A stretch of DNA of 63,348 bases from positions 7,563,762-7,627,109 of the forward strand of contig NC_068986.1 in assembly GCF_001194135.2 (NCBI RefSeq), read 5' to 3'. This DNA is from Octopus bimaculoides. Its lineage: Eukaryota. The notes under the pieces were generated by a model. That model was not told where the DNA came from, made no database searches, and saw only the letters and a program-made list of their open reading frames with translations. Below, piece after piece: positions 37,094 through 51,560 of this stretch (the first letter of the stretch is position 1; every line of letters starts with the position of its first letter). Both the position numbers and the translations under genes were made by a program.

Positions 37094-39690
37094 TTATCAT
37101 CATCATGTTCATCCTCATCATCATCATTTAACATCCATTGTCCATGTTGGCATGGGTTAGACGGTTTGGTCGGGCTGGCGCGTTGGAAGGCTGCACCAGA
37201 CTCCAGTCTGATTTGGCATGGTTTTCTACGGTTGGATGCCCTTCTTGACGCCAACCACTCCGAGAGTGTAATGGGTGCTTTTACGTGCTACCGTCACGTG
37301 TGCGATTTGCGTGACACCTGTATCTTCCACGACTGCCCAAGCACGACATAATGCCAAATGTCATTGCCTCTGTGAAGCCCAACACTTGAAAGGAACTCAG
37401 CAACTTGCCTCCGTGAGGCCCAACGTTCGGAAGGCGTTCTTTATGTGCCACCAGCATGGGTGCACTTGCTTTGACTAGTCTTCTTAAGCACAACATATCG
37501 CCAAAGGTCTCAGTCACTAGTCATTGCCTTTGTGAGGTTCAAAGTTCGAAGTTCATGCTTCACCACCTCGTCCCATGTCTTCCCGAGTTTACCTCTACTA
37601 CACGTTCCTTCCACAGTCAGAAATTGGCACTTCCTTATACAGCTGTCCTCGTCCATACGCATCACATGACCATACCAGCGCAGTCGTCTCTCTTGCACAC
37701 CACATCTGATGTCTCTTATGCCCAACTTTTCTCTCAAGATGCTTACACTCTGTCGAACATGCACACTAACGTTGCACATTCAGCAAAGATACTGGCTTCA
37801 TTTCTTCCAATCCTACGTATACCTTCGGCTATCACAGCTCATGTCTCATAGCCATGCAGCATACCTGTTCGCAAACAGGCATCAAATGATCTGCTTTTCC
37901 CTCTGAGAGAGAGAGAGAGGCCTTTCTTGTCAGCAGGGTTAGAAGCTCTTTGAACTTTTCCCAGCCTAATCTTATTCTCACAGCTATGCCCTCGGAGCAT
38001 CCACTTGCACTACTAACTTGGTCACCTAGATAACGGAAGCTGTCTACTATCTCTAGCTTGCTCTCTTGGCAGTAGAAGGAGTTTATTTTCTACATATTTT
38101 CAGCATTTATTGTATCTGTGCATCTTACACATGCAAACGTTAGTTTCCCTGCTAACCTTTCTCTGATATTGTTGCACCTTTTATATGTCCAAAGCTTACA
38201 CTGGGTGCATCATAAGGATTTACTACCTACACCTTTTCTATGGATCGAGCAGGGCCATCTACCTGAAGGGATTTGTAATTTCCCTGCCTTCCTACTTACA
38301 AAGACGTTGATTTTTTCTAGGTTAACTCTAAGGCCTTTTGATTCTAGACTTGCTTCCATAACTGGAACTTGGTCTGGTCATCCGTATTGTAAATCTAGTT
38401 CAGGTAGTGATTCAGTTATAAGAGCAAGGTCATCAGCATAGAAGAACTCCCAGGAGAAGCCTGTCTTGAATTCCTGTATTATTGCCTGGAGGACTATGAT
38501 GAACAAGAGGGGTCTGAGGACCGATCCTTGGTGAACCTCTACTTGTACCCTGAATTCTTCACTGTACTCATTACCAGCCCTCACCTTACTGGTAGCATCC
38601 ATGTACATAGCTTCGTAGTTCTCACCAACCACTCTATCCCTAGCTTCCGTATTGACAACCAGATAAGAGATCGAGGAACCCTGTCAAAGGCTTTCTCCAA
38701 GTCAAACAAACCAAGTATAGAGGTTTATCTTAGGTACTTCTCCTAAGTTGCCTTACCAGAAATATAGCATCAGTGGTGCTTTTCTCTGGTACAAAACCAA
38801 ACTGCATCGTATCTAGGCTAACTCTCTCCCTAGTTAGTTGGGCTATGACTCGCCGTAATCTTCATCACCTGATCCAGCAATGTGATACCTCTGTAATTAT
38901 TTATATATAAGGCATCATCTTTACCTTTGTAACTATGGTGCTGCTACACCAGTCATTGGGTATGACTCCTTCGCGAATCTCCTGGTTTACAAAACGAGTG
39001 ACTAGACCATAACCCACACCGCCAGATATTTTAAGCATCTAAGCAGTGATACCTGATGGGCCAAGGGCTTCTCCTGTCTTCATACCCTTAATTGCTTTAT
39101 CTACAAAGGAACTGTCGATTCGTGTAGCCAGTCCCTCAATTGGGTCAACATTCGGCAGACACTCCTCCTCGCACTCAATCTCTACGTTCAGCAGTCTTTC
39201 ATAATAGCATTTCCAAGCCTCTTTCTTTGCAGAATCATTACATGCAAGTGCACAATCATCCATGCAGACACATTTCTCTCCTATGACATCACGATTTTCT
39301 CTCACACACTGTCTTGCAATCCGAAACACGCCAGTTATTTGGTCCTCACATCTCTGAACACATGCAAACTTCTACTTTTCTGCTATTCCCTTGGCTAGAT
39401 ATACTTGTCTCCTAGCATCTCTTCTGGCAATCTACTACCCCTATTCTTCCAGGCCTGCTTCTTAACTCTAACGGCCCTGTCTACAATATTGTTCCACCAC
39501 CACGTTACCCTATGTCTGGAAGGGACTTTGTATTAGCCACAGATTTGGTTTGTGCCTCTCAGCAAGCTGTCCCTCAGGGATTCCTAGTTGCCCTCTCTTA
39601 CAATCTGTAGTCCCTCCTCCCTTTCATCGAATTTCTCAATTAGAATGTCCTTAAATCTCTTACCATATGAAGTGCCCTTAAACTTTTAAG
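37094..39690 (-). mobile_element. Relatively young 5'-truncated RTE LINE (RT, 3' UTR, (ATC)n tail)
   Basis: HQGSVLRPLLFIIVL...FYADDLALI (38378-38632), RLRWYGHVMRMDEDSCIRK (37510-37779) and KGMKTGEALGPSGIT (39039-39329). The 3' UTR ends in the (CAT)n tract at 37094-37128. Frameshifted. Confidence 0.92.
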
Positions 39691-39701
39691 AATATATATA
39701 T

Positions 39702-39736
<35 letters not shown>

Positions 39737-39759
39737 TATGTACATGGATATATACCTAC

Positions 39760-39797
<38 letters not shown>

Positions 39798-41539
39798 GTA
39801 CATGGATATATACATGCATATATATGTGCACATATATATATGTATGCACACATACACGCACACACACGCACACAGATACACACAGACACTCACATACACA
39901 TGTTATGTATATAAAATATGTATGTGTGTGTATACGTATACACAGAAACTTGCAAAATCGTTTATTTACTTTGTATATGTGCATCGGTTTCATGCCATTA
40001 CAGAAGCAGAATTGTATACACACGTGGTATTTGAATATAAGGCAGAAAAAGAAAAGAAAAAAACAATGAATGAATTCAAAGATGATGGCAGAACACAGTT
40101 ATTTCAGTAAATTGGAATACTTTTGCGATATGATTGTACTGTTAAGTGCCACATTAAAAAGGGCAACAAAAGGCACATTATTTCGAAAATATATTACAGT
40201 TAGCATTAAAAAAAAACTTTTTGTTTTTATTCTAGATTTAAAAGTATCTTTGCATTTATATCAATAACATAGTCTCAAGAATCTCTTAATCGTCTTCCTC
40301 GAATACTACTAATATGGAATTTTTATTCACAGATTAACTTAATGTTTCCTAGCACTAAAGAATCATTTCAAACTGTGCACATCACATATGCGTCATTGTT
40401 AATCACATTGGAAAACACTATCGTTTTTAGTATTGGAGAAAGAAAATAAGAATACAACATATAGGTGAGAGAAAAGGGAACAAAATGTAAGAGGTATTTC
40501 CAATCAGAGGCAAAGGAACAACACCTTGAAACGATCTAAATAAATATTTCTTTGAATTCTGAAGAAACTTAATTCAAATAAGATTCATTTGACTTGATGA
40601 TGAGATAATACTTAAATATTTTAATCATAGTAAAATATCTAATTAAAGTTTTGGCTGATAACAACTGAATTAAATACATTTATTTTCACTTAATTGATCT
40701 TTAATCTTCAATCAGGTATTGTAATGGCAGTAACCAATGCAATGGGAAAATACTTAAAATTCAGTAGATAATGAAATCATTTCTTAATTAATGGTGACAT
40801 GGCTTTATTTGTAAAGTAGTTGTTATCTCCATTACTTCATCCCCTAAAAGGTGCAATAAAATGCCTATCTTTAGTATAACATAATTTAGAGATTCTGATT
40901 TCAGCTGAAGCTTATAAAAGAAATTTTATGGGACTTAATAAACACGCGCAAAACCTATGATTACATCTCTATTATATAAACGTCGTCTACATTGTGTAGC
41001 GTGAGAGGAAAAACTGTATAATAAATGAGGGTTTATTCGTAGATCTCAAGCATTTGATTATCAGTTATAAATTTAATGAAGATTTTATTTGGCTTGTGGA
41101 AACGAAGATATCCTGGCGACTCCTATTATAAGTTCCTATCATGTTACAAAATACTTTCTGGTTTGTAATACCTAATTAAAATAATGAACACAAGCTTGCA
41201 ATATTTTATCCCATGGTTTAATTACTTTGCGTTGAAAGTTTCTGGATTATGACGTTATGAAACTTATCTATGTTCATTTATGGTTTATATTAAGCTAGGT
41301 ATTATCAATTTCTCCCAAACAAAATATTTGTACACAGTTGTTATCTCATGCTGAATAAAAATGCCCGTCGATTGATAGTTTTCCATAAGTGAAACACAGA
41401 AGAACTAAAACTGAAGCGGAAGTTGATCACTGCTTGCATTTAGGCTACAATGAAATATTTTGTCTGGAAACGATATATTATATACACAAAGAAAACGAAG
41501 AATTGCTAAAATTTCACCAAAATATATATATACTCTCTC

Positions 41540-41848
41540 TCTCTTTACTCTTTTACTTGTTTCAGTCATTTGACTGTGGCCATGCTGGAGCACCGCCTTT
41601 TAGTCGAGCAAATCGACCCCAGGACTTATTCTTTGTAAGCCTAGTACTTATTCTATCGGTCTCTTTTGCCGAACCTCTAAGTTACGGGGACATAAACACA
41701 CCAGCATCGGTTGTCNNNNNNNNNNNNNNNNNNNNNNNNNNNNNNNNNNNNNNNNNNNNNNNNNNNNNNNNNNNNNNNNNNNNNNNNNNNNNNNNNNNNN
41801 NNNNNNNNNNNNNNNNNNNNNNNNNNNNNNNNNNNNNNACACACACAC

Positions 41849-41883
<35 letters not shown>

Positions 41884-42050
41884 CGACGGGCTTCTTTCAG
41901 TTTCCGTCTACCAAATCCACTCACAATGCTGTGGTCGGCCCGAGGCTATAGTAGAAGACACTTGCCCAAGGTGCCACGCAATGGGACTGAACCCGGAACC
42001 ATGTGGTTGGTAAGCAAGCTACTTACCACACAGCCACTCCTACATATATA
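41540..42050 (-). mobile_element. tRNA-derived CORE-type SINE with internal (GT/TA)n and gap
   Basis: Minus strand GGAGTGGCTGTGTGGTAAG (A box), GGTTCAGTCCC (B box), CORE-like TGGCACCTTGGGCAAGTGTCTT and 3' tail ...CCAGCATGGCCACAGTCAAATGACTGAAACAAGTAAAAGAG. Confidence 0.85.
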
Positions 42051-42279
42051 CATACACACTCGCACACGTACGCACACAGGCGAACACACATACATGCACG
42101 CGCGCGCGTATTGGTATATCTATGAAATTTATGTTCTTTGCAGAATTTAAACCGGAAAGTAACAAACGAGTGATTAGGCTTTTTCGGTCAAGACATTGCA
42201 GATAATTTCAACGACAAGGTTTTGACTCATAAGAAGTTATTGTCCAGTGGAATTTTTTTTAGATATCCGATGATGATAT

Positions 42280-43000
42280 GAACGGTATCTTTGACAATTG
42301 TGCAGTCAACATTTTCAAGCAGAATGTGAATTTCTACAGGCATCTGTATGGCTCTTGTTGGTATTTAGTCGTCATCCCTGCACTGATAGCGAATGACCTA
42401 ACCCTGTAGGTGAGATCTGGTGTATTTATCTCAGGTCTAAGACAAACTGCAACTCCTAATCAAGATTACTGGTATTCTCTTGTATGCGGTATGCATACCC
42501 ATGCATAATTTTCTACTGATATAATGAGAATTTATTTCTTTTTCAAGTGTCTGTTTAAGCAAGTCAGTCCAGCCGCCATTGCTTCATATAGAGCAGCTTT
42601 ATATGCAGAGCAGTTATTCAAGAATTTTTCGCTCAACTTCATTAAATTATTTCTTTTCTGTTGATGCACTCATTTTTCGCTGGATTGATCAGTAGGTGAT
42701 GTTTACGGAACATGAGGCATTTAAAGGCCGTCTGAATTAATCTTATGCTTGTACCTACAACTCTACGTTTAACCTGGATCTTGTCAGTACCACTCTTTAT
42801 GAAGAAGTTACCAATCACTGTTAGTATCTTTCTACTTCTAGTGTGCATATCGCCGATTCATCAAGTCTTTAGTCTAATTTCTCAAATACTGGTGCGAGAA
42901 CTAGCACTGAGAATACATCTGGCATTGACGTGTATCCTTTACTTTCACCATTTATTCATCTCATTCTGTCCATCATTATCTTTCGCTTCCCCTTTATCTC
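42280..43000 (-). mobile_element. Decayed RTE (BovB-like) LINE, C-terminal RT region
   Basis: Remnants LD*RLDESAIC, NEVERKILE and MGMHTAYKRIPVILIRS are collinear with the RTE thumb region. Confidence 0.55.
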
Positions 43001-43009
43001 CGTCCTAGT

Positions 43010-43355
43010 GCTGATGCTATAATAAAAGGCGCCCAGTTCGTTCTATGAAGTATTGTATTGTTAGGAATCATTAATCTTGTCGAAGACTTCACTACGTCGC
43101 TATTGTGTGTACTACAAAACTTCATCCAGTTACATACTGTATTAGGACGGGCATCCAGCTGTAGAAACTAGGCAAAAAATTACGCAAGATGTGGTCCTCC
43201 AATTCATCTGGAAGAGCAGCAACGGCCCATCCAATACATACCAACATGAAAAGCAAAAGGGAAAAACTGTAGTGATAATGACGATGATGGTGATGAGGAT
43301 AATATTAATGATGCTAATGAAGATGATGATGATCATGATGATGATGATGATGATT

Positions 43356-43389
<34 letters not shown>

Positions 43390-43400
43390 GGTTGATGATG
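43010..43400 (+). mobile_element. Decayed RTE 3' UTR with long (GAT)n tail
   Basis: AGGACGGGCATCCAGCTGTAGAAAC...ACCAACATG is homologous to the reverse complement of 37130-37270. (GAT)n runs 43275-43400. Confidence 0.7.
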
Positions 43401-46400
43401 ACGACATAGACACACATTTATATAATAGGAAGGAAGGTACAATATACGAAAGGGTACACAACAGTTGAACATAAAGTGTCAAACGTTTTAGTCAACATCT
43501 TAACTTGCATTTACTTTACAGGAATAACAGTTGCAGCCTCGATGTATTTTCTAGTAATTTCGGTTAATCCATGTTGTTGATTGCAGTAAAACTTTTTCTA
43601 ATCCTGTAGATAAAGGATAGGAGGGAAAGAATTAGTAGTAGCATAACTTGAAGTTATATCCAGCTACCGCATAATATATATGTAGATGTATATATGTACT
43701 TATAGAGCGTATTTGCGTACGAGAATGCGTGCGTGTGCGCGCACGTGTGTGCCTGTCTGTGTGTCTGTTTTGGTTTACAGCTGAAAATTCAAGTCTTCGC
43801 TGGAGAGAATCTCCGCCCAAATTACGGGCTTTCTGACAACAAAATGTTGAAAAAGAAACTCGAAATGTTTCGTTTTCACGCCTAAGTTTCCGTGTGATTA
43901 CAAGATGCGCAGTAATCTAGAACTGCTGATAGATGAAGGAGTTATTCAGACGTTCCCTCGAGAATTATACCGACAGTCCCTCCTTGTCCACGAATACCCC
44001 ACTATTTTTATTTCTTTCCTAACCGCCATCCTCCCTGAGAATTCCCATTGATCAGATCTAAAACGCATTCCATCGCTGGTGATTTTATTTAGGCAATTAG
44101 TTTCACTAATGATAAGTGTTGTCTTACAGATAAATGAATATCGATTAAACATCAATACAGCAAATCATTAAATAATTCTATATATAGTTGTCTTCTGAAA
44201 TTCGAAATGTACAGACTAATACTAACCTTATGAACTTGTCTACTAGATTTTGTTTATTCTCAGTAGATATATGTTCATTAACCTTTCTCTTTTTTCAGAG
44301 ACCTCAAGAAAATTGAAAGAGACCGAAATTTCAGATTCTGATTATAGAATTACCGAAATAGAAAAAAACACAACAACTCAGTAACAAGTTTATTGTTACT
44401 GCCAGATACCAAAAATTTAAAAATAATAACTAACACTAAACTGACATAAATGTCTTTAAAAATACTTTATCTCAACGTTTGGAAATACAATAAGCCGAGT
44501 CATAGAATCATATAGAGAAACAATAACGCTAGTCATAAAGATAAAACAATAGAATTCATTAGTTACATACTAATTTATTTCCAAAGACTAAAAAGAAAAT
44601 ACTTTCACTGAATTTGAATTTCTTTCAGTTAAAAAACTTTAAGAGAATATTGATATTTGTTTTATTTATTTATTTCTTAATTTATCTAATACTAAAACTT
44701 CTAAATTTTTACACCTTAATTATTCAATTGTAAAGAAATATTTATTTCGAAAAAAATACAATATAGCGTTTTTTTTTTCATTCATTCTTAATTTTAAGAG
44801 CAAAACATTTTGTTGATAACAGAAATGTATATTATGTTTTGTATTTATTTTCTAATTATTGTTGGTGCTGGAAAATTACTTTAATGGTTAATGTCTCTAA
44901 ATTTTCATAAAAAGAATGCATTCGTTTCTTTAGTATTTTCGAAACTATTCTAATAACCGAGAACACGACTGAATGATCTCCTTCTGAATAAAAGACTTAG
45001 TTCTCTACTAGAATGAGAAAATGATTTCAGAATATGTAGATAAAGATGCTTGAAAGTTCAATCGTTGTTTTCAGAAAGATATTTTCTGGTCACCATTGTT
45101 AATAGAAAGAAAATATTTGAAACGTTGGAATGAAAGTTAACAGGGAACGAATAAATTCCCTATATAATATCATCGTAGAAGTTACTGAAGACATTAGCTT
45201 AGGATATTTCACTTGAGTTGCTCTTTAACACAATGTATAAAAACATACAGAAACCTTATTCATTGAATATATAAGGACCATTATCAACAATCAACATACT
45301 ATTCAAGACAGCAACTATTATTCATTTGTTCATTGAACAAATCTCACTACCACTTAGGCTGCTGATACTGGGATAACAAGAAAGCCACATGTTCTTATTC
45401 TACTTAACCTAAAGTGGTCGTACATTCTTCTAAGGCAATTAAACCATCACTTTAACATTGCCTCTGTTTTATCATCACTTCATTTACCCACATACGTGGG
45501 TATGGATCTGCATATTAATTTATCAAATGTTCAGTGTTCGACCGTATTCTAGCTTTGTTCTTTAACACTATCTTGTAGCCTATTGTATTCAGGATTGGCG
45601 ATTCGTTTTTAAGTTCTTATGGAATTGTAGTTTGTGAAATATTTAGCTCTTAACTGTACTTATATAACAATTGCTTACAGGCTGTTATGTTGGCTGAGCT
45701 CCATTTTATATTTATTTGGAACCAGCGAAGAAAGAGGCCGGAAGATGAATTTAACAAGTTAAGAAAAAAAAGAACTTGGTTAAGTGAAGCATGAGATGCT
45801 AAAGCACATCTCTGTGCAATAAAACAATTGAATTCTAAAATAAGGCAAATAAGGCTTTTTTCATATAAAGAAATCATGTATGAACACCGTCATTATCCTT
45901 GTGGTAAAATAATGGTTTCTTTAATATTTTCCGAGATGAGAGCTGGTTATATTTAGATGTAATTAAATGTTACTTGAATTTAAACATGAATGAGATGCCT
46001 TTAAAATATAATGGCACCCTACAGAAATAATTTCATTGCAGCCTTAATCACTTCATCTCGAAGGTAGTAATTTGTTTGATACTTTTGAAGGCTGAAGATA
46101 CCATTCTGGACTAATGGTATCCCTCATCTAGACAAGGAGAATGAACAGACTTCTTATAGTAAGCAACTTGGAGAGATGTCAGCAGGAGAAGCACTTAATT
46201 TATTTATATTTTCAGATAAGTCTCTTTTAAGCCATCGAAGCCAAACGTGTTATTCTCTGCACTCCTTATCCAATGACAAGAATATAATGTTACTGAAAAT
46301 ATTTTATTTCATATCATGTCATACTGTTTGCTGTATTTTGATACTGTATAATATTGCTTAGTTGAATATTAGTGCCGTGTGAGGATACATTTCCACGCAG

Positions 46401-46538
46401 GGTATTAGCTAAAGTAGCAAAGCTCAAATGAAATTGGAAAACATTCTTACATTGATAATGTAATCCTGCTGATTCATTTACTGACTCCGAGACATGAACT
46501 GATTTAGAATTATTGTGTCCTCATGGTAGCTGTATATA

Positions 46539-47865
46539 CCGAGTGCGAAAGATATTTGAACACATATTTAATGAAACAACTCTAGAAACAAAACAAATGT
46601 ATTTAAATAAAAAATTTGAGTGAATGTTCTTGATAAGCAATCTTAGAAGTTATTTTATGAACCTGCCTTCAACTTTGATGCCTGATTCAAGGCAAATCCG
46701 GAATCATTCATATACTAGCATTTAATGGTCTTTATTTCGGACAGTAACAGCCTTCAGTGAAGATATGGGATTGCGAGGATGTCGAATAGCATCCCTTTCA
46801 GCAATAATCGACACGTAATAATCTATGAGATATAAATCTGACGAATTTGGAGGCCACAAGTTTGGTGTTACATGATCGTAAAGATCGTCTGACATCCGAG
46901 CTTGGGTTAGGTTGCTTTGTGAGACGATGTTGAGTTTTTTTAGAAACACGTATGGCCCTCCACTGCGTACTTTATCAAACCAGGATGTAACAACTGTCTC
47001 TAGCATATCAATGTATCCCATCAGGATTAATTCTAAAACCTTGTAAAAAGATGTGAGGTGGAATGGCATGACACTCGTAGCACCCCACTCCCAAAACCAT
47101 CACAGTTGCTGGAAACTCAGGGGATATCAGAGGAATCTGCACAAAGCCATATGTAATTTCTCATGTTAGACCTCTGGTCTAAACTGAAGATTTTCTCACC
47201 AGAAAAGAACCAAAATATGTCATGTTTGAGAGGTTTTTAAATTTAAGTAATCATTTTTCACAGATTAAACAGTTTCCCTGTGTCTTTCTGGACGTAAAAT
47301 GACAACTCCCTCCTCAATATATACGGCTTGTACTGAGTGGTCTAGTGTACCGCAGTTCTAATAGTCCACTCCAATACACGCAGTTCTTTGGCGATGGTCC
47401 TCTTTGATTTTCCAGGACTATCATCCATAAATTTTGGAACCTACTGGATGAAATGCGGTATCCTTATAGTGTCCGAACGTTCAGAATGTGTTTTTGCTTT
47501 TGTTGATACAGGTGAAACATTCTTACTAGAGGCTTCCAATTTTATGCAACCTGTGTACAATAGATATTACAACATTTAGAAAGTTGGAAATTCCTAAATC
47601 GTTCTGCTCCGCATACATGGCAACAACAACTGCATGTCTTTCATATCTTGTGCCAGCGTTTTATCTGCAGTGGGGGATCTGAAAATAATTTAAACCACTG
47701 ATATTATTTGAAAAGAGTAATTTCTTTTGGAAGCAATTCAAACTTTGTATGTGACCATACCTCGTAGAATTCAAACTGTAATTACTGCCAAAGGCAGTCC
47801 TATTCCATATCAAAATATATTTGTTTGAAATTTTAAGGTGTTTCCATTATTTTGTCCAACCCCTG
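46539..47865 (-). mobile_element. Near full-length decayed Tc1/maT-like transposon
   Basis: ORF 46722-47069 with LWPPNSSDLYLIDYYV (motif WPPxSPDLNPxDY) and C-terminal FRICLESGIKVEGRFIK. TIR TA|CAGGGGTTGGACAAAATAATGGAAACAC at 47865 and a degenerate counterpart at 46539. Confidence 0.8.
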
Positions 47866-48278
47866 TACATATATACTGAGAAGTCCATGAACAATTTAAA
47901 AGAAAGTCCTGATAAAAGACATAGAAATAACAGAGGACAATGTCGAAGTATTATTTCAAACATTGCAAAAAATAGACAGAAATAACTTCAAAATTTCGGA
48001 TATACGTTCTTCATTTGAATGAAAGGGAAAAAACAAGATGTAGAGATGGACAATAAAAAAAAAAAGGCAAACTGAAACAACGAATATAAAACTGAAAGAG
48101 AAAAATGTTAAGGCACCGAAAATTTCGTGTAACTTAAGCCAGCGATATATTGTGCAGTTGAATAATGAAAGTAGGGAAGACAATGATTGAGTAATAGTAA
48201 GTGCGTGTATAACTAGAGCGAATGTGTGATAGCTTACAACAGCGCTGCGTGCGCATTTGAGCGTGTGTATGTTCTGTG

Positions 48279-48510
48279 TTATTTCTTTACTACCCACAAG
48301 GGGCTACACACAGAGGGGACAAACAAGGACAGACAAAGGGATTAAGTCGATTAAATCGACCCCAGTGCGTAACTGGTACTTATTTAATCGACCCCGAAAG
48401 GATGAAAGGCAAAGTCGACCTCGGCGGAATTTGAATTCAGAACGTAGCGGCAGACGAAATACCGCTAAGCATTTCGCCCGGCGTGCTACCGTTTCTGCCA
48501 GCTCGCCGCC
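48279..48510 (-). mobile_element. Full-length tRNA-derived SINE (family of 27340-27579)
   Basis: High identity to the reverse complement of the 27.35-kb copy. Confidence 0.92.
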
Positions 48511-48704
48511 TGTGTGAATGGATAATGTATGATAGAGTTGGAAACTTAACCCAGGAAGCCAAATCGCCAGACGAAAAACGCGTTCCTGTTTTCTCAGACT
48601 GGATGCTCCATATCTGTGTGTATATATACATACAGAGGTGAACACACATATATGCATATATATGTATGCATACATACATACACATATGGGCATGCATACA
48701 TTTA

Positions 48705-48749
<45 letters not shown>

Positions 48750-50199
48750 GCACATAAACACACACACAAACACATGTATATACACAGAGAGAAAGTGCAG
48801 ATTACAAAGTCAATATATTAACTGTATTAGGATTATTTGAAATGTAATTTTCAAGAAAATATCCTATATTACATTGACGTTAGTCATAAGAGATATTGGA
48901 AATCTATTGGCATAGATCTCTAATAGGCGTTTCATACAATTCGCTCTTGTGCGAAGCGCTAATGATATATGAATATGTGATTAGAGCGATAAGACTAATA
49001 TTTCCTCGTATCAGCATGGTATTGATCTTTAATAAAAGCCAAAGCATTCATATGTTGTGATAAAGGAACAGAAATAGGAAAACATTTTTCAGTGTGTCAT
49101 TGAACGGACCCCAGCAAATGTAGGATCCTACAAATTTATAATCATAAAACTTCAAAGGTTTTTTTTTGCGAGAAGCTTAATTCGTATCCAGTCGACAAAT
49201 TGAGCTTTTCATTTTGGTTATCACAAGTTTTAAGAACACAACTTGCTCCATTCGACTGGAAAGTGAACAATCTTTCTTATTCAAATATTAATAGAATTTC
49301 TCTCATCATAAAAAACAAAGAAAGCAAAACATATTTTCACAGAATATAGTATTGGTATTTGAAATCATATGCAAATATTTAAAGATATTTTCATTGAATA
49401 TTATTCATGAAATATTTCAAACTACAGATACTTTAATTCCTTGCCTGGCTAGTTTTATTTTTGCCCGATCCTCAAAGGAATCAAATAAAAATTTCGTCAA
49501 TGGGAAGGTATTAATTAGGTTTTCTTCGTCGATGTTTCTATAAAAATGAAATATAAATCATAAACAATACACTTTCGCCCGATAGATGATGCATGTATTT
49601 CAACTTATTTTGAGTTTGTTCATCAATAAACTCCCGTACAACCTCTGATGTTACAGCAAAATTTTATTTATTCTTCATCGTTTGATCATGTTGGCATGCT
49701 GTTCCGAACAATTAAATATGTACATGTATACTCGTGTATACATTTTATCCCAGATAAGGAATATTTTGCATAATCCAACTATATATGCATTACATACACA
49801 CAGGCATACATACAAACATAATTTATGAAAAATTAAGATAAACACGATTTATATTATGAAATCCTGCGAATGTTTCCCCACTATGGTTGGTTCAAAGCCT
49901 GCGTTGTGCGTTCTAAGTTCATTGGATGCTTAACCAGAACAGATTTCCAGGGAACACTTCAAGTTACAAAGAACTAACGTGAAGAGTTGGATAGATGGGG
50001 ATGCATTTTATAAATATTGTGAGGGAAATACAAGGAAAGTAATTGGCAGAAAGAGAAGAAGACAAAATGAACTACGAAACAAGAAACAGGGAAAGTGAAA
50101 GAGAAGACAAAAAGAGAGAACGAAGAGAGAAAGAATTAGAGAAGAAAAAAATATCTACATACCTACCTTTGTATGCATATCTCTTCTACTTTTTAATTA

Positions 50200-51330
50200 T
50201 TATAAATCTTCCACTGAGGAAGGAGCCGGTTTCCAACAAAGATACAAGGCTCCCTCTTTGGCATGTAATTAACATAAACAAATTCACATTTGGGACTTGA
50301 AAAAAAAATCTAGCATATTTTTACTCTTCCACTTGTAATGTACGAATTAGCCGGTCGATCCTCTTTTAAGCATTTACTAACAAAACCTAGTCCTCCAATT
50401 ATTATTGGTATGAATATTAATTCATAGTCTGGATATAAAAGCTGGAGGCTTCAAAGCAGTTATCCATAAATATCCTCTTTTTCTTTGATTTTCAAAGTGA
50501 TATTTATATCTGCAGGACAGCATGACCTCTATAATGGTACATACCTCTGCCCCTCTGTCCCAAAAGCAATATCCGGCCTGTTATGTTTACATTTGACAGA
50601 AGTTTAGTGATGAGGATATTCCACCAGTATTCCTTGAGTTGGTGTTTATGAATGTATTCCATAACAGAGGGATTTTCTAAGTTTATTTCAGGATAGTCTT
50701 TTTGTGGATGACATTGTAAATTGCTTTAGCAGTAACAACATGCCGATTAGGGAGGTAGTCCCGTGACGACATTTTAGGACAGCTGCTAATCACACATGCG
50801 TAATGTCTTCCTCAGAAACATGACATAGCCTACACATGCGGTGGCACTTTGGGATTACAAGCGCGTCACTGTCTCTCTTGTTCATCAGGTACTTTGTGAC
50901 AATCTCCTGTTCCTGGATTGCAAACGAATAGCCTTCAAAGTGTAATGTGATGTATTGGCCTTGTGTCGAAGAGAGATTGCGCTTCGTATCAATTCTACTG
51001 TCTTCTTCAAGCTTCCGGGCAACATACAGTTGTAAGGGTGAGCATTCTTGTCCATTTCTTTGTGAGTCTCTCTATAGCAGCAATTAATGTAGTAGATACT
51101 TTTACCAGATGTAGACACTTCAACAGCCATGAATGAGGGATAGAGTCGAATGCCTTCTTATAGTCAAGCCATACTGTCACAAGGTTTCTGCGTCGTTTTC
51201 TTACTTCAAACAGTACAGCTTTGTTTATTAAAAGTTGTTCGGCACATTCCCACACTCCCTTCTTTCTCCAAGCCTGTTCATCAGTCACAATGTTGTTCGG
51301 CTCACAATGGTCCGATGTTCACGGTGCCAT
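50200..51330 (-). mobile_element. R4/Dong-like LINE fragment (partial RT fused to zinc knuckle/REL endonuclease, plus 3' UTR)
   Basis: EQLLINKAV...VWLDYKKAFDSIPHSWL (51007-51288), EGYSFAIQEQEIVTKY (about 50890-50937), CRLCHVSEEDITHVISSCP and IPIIIGGLG-type C-terminus near 50390. Confidence 0.85.
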
Positions 51331-51331
51331 T

Positions 51332-51426
51332 ATGTATGTATGTATGTATGTATGTATGTATGTATGTATGTATGTATGTATGTATGTATGTATGCATGAA
51401 TGTATGTATGTATGTATGTATGTATG

Positions 51427-51460
<34 letters not shown>

Positions 51461-51560
51461 TGAATATATGATTGCATGTATGTACGTATGTATGTATGTA
51501 CGTATGTATGTATGTGTGTATGTATGTATGTATGTATGTATGTATGTATGTATGTATGTA
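51332..51560. repeat. (TATG)n microsatellite
   Basis: About 230 bp of near-pure tetramer. Confidence 0.95.

Noticed and set aside
41389-42150. 253-aa ORF
   Set aside because: It runs antisense through a SINE, an N-gap and a (CA)n tract, so it is open by chance.
45681-45778. Candidate exon AVMLAELHFIFIWNQRRKRP... (transmembrane plus basic stop-transfer appearance)
   Set aside because: The polypyrimidine tract is weak, the donor (GTTAAG) is non-consensus and no homology was recognised.
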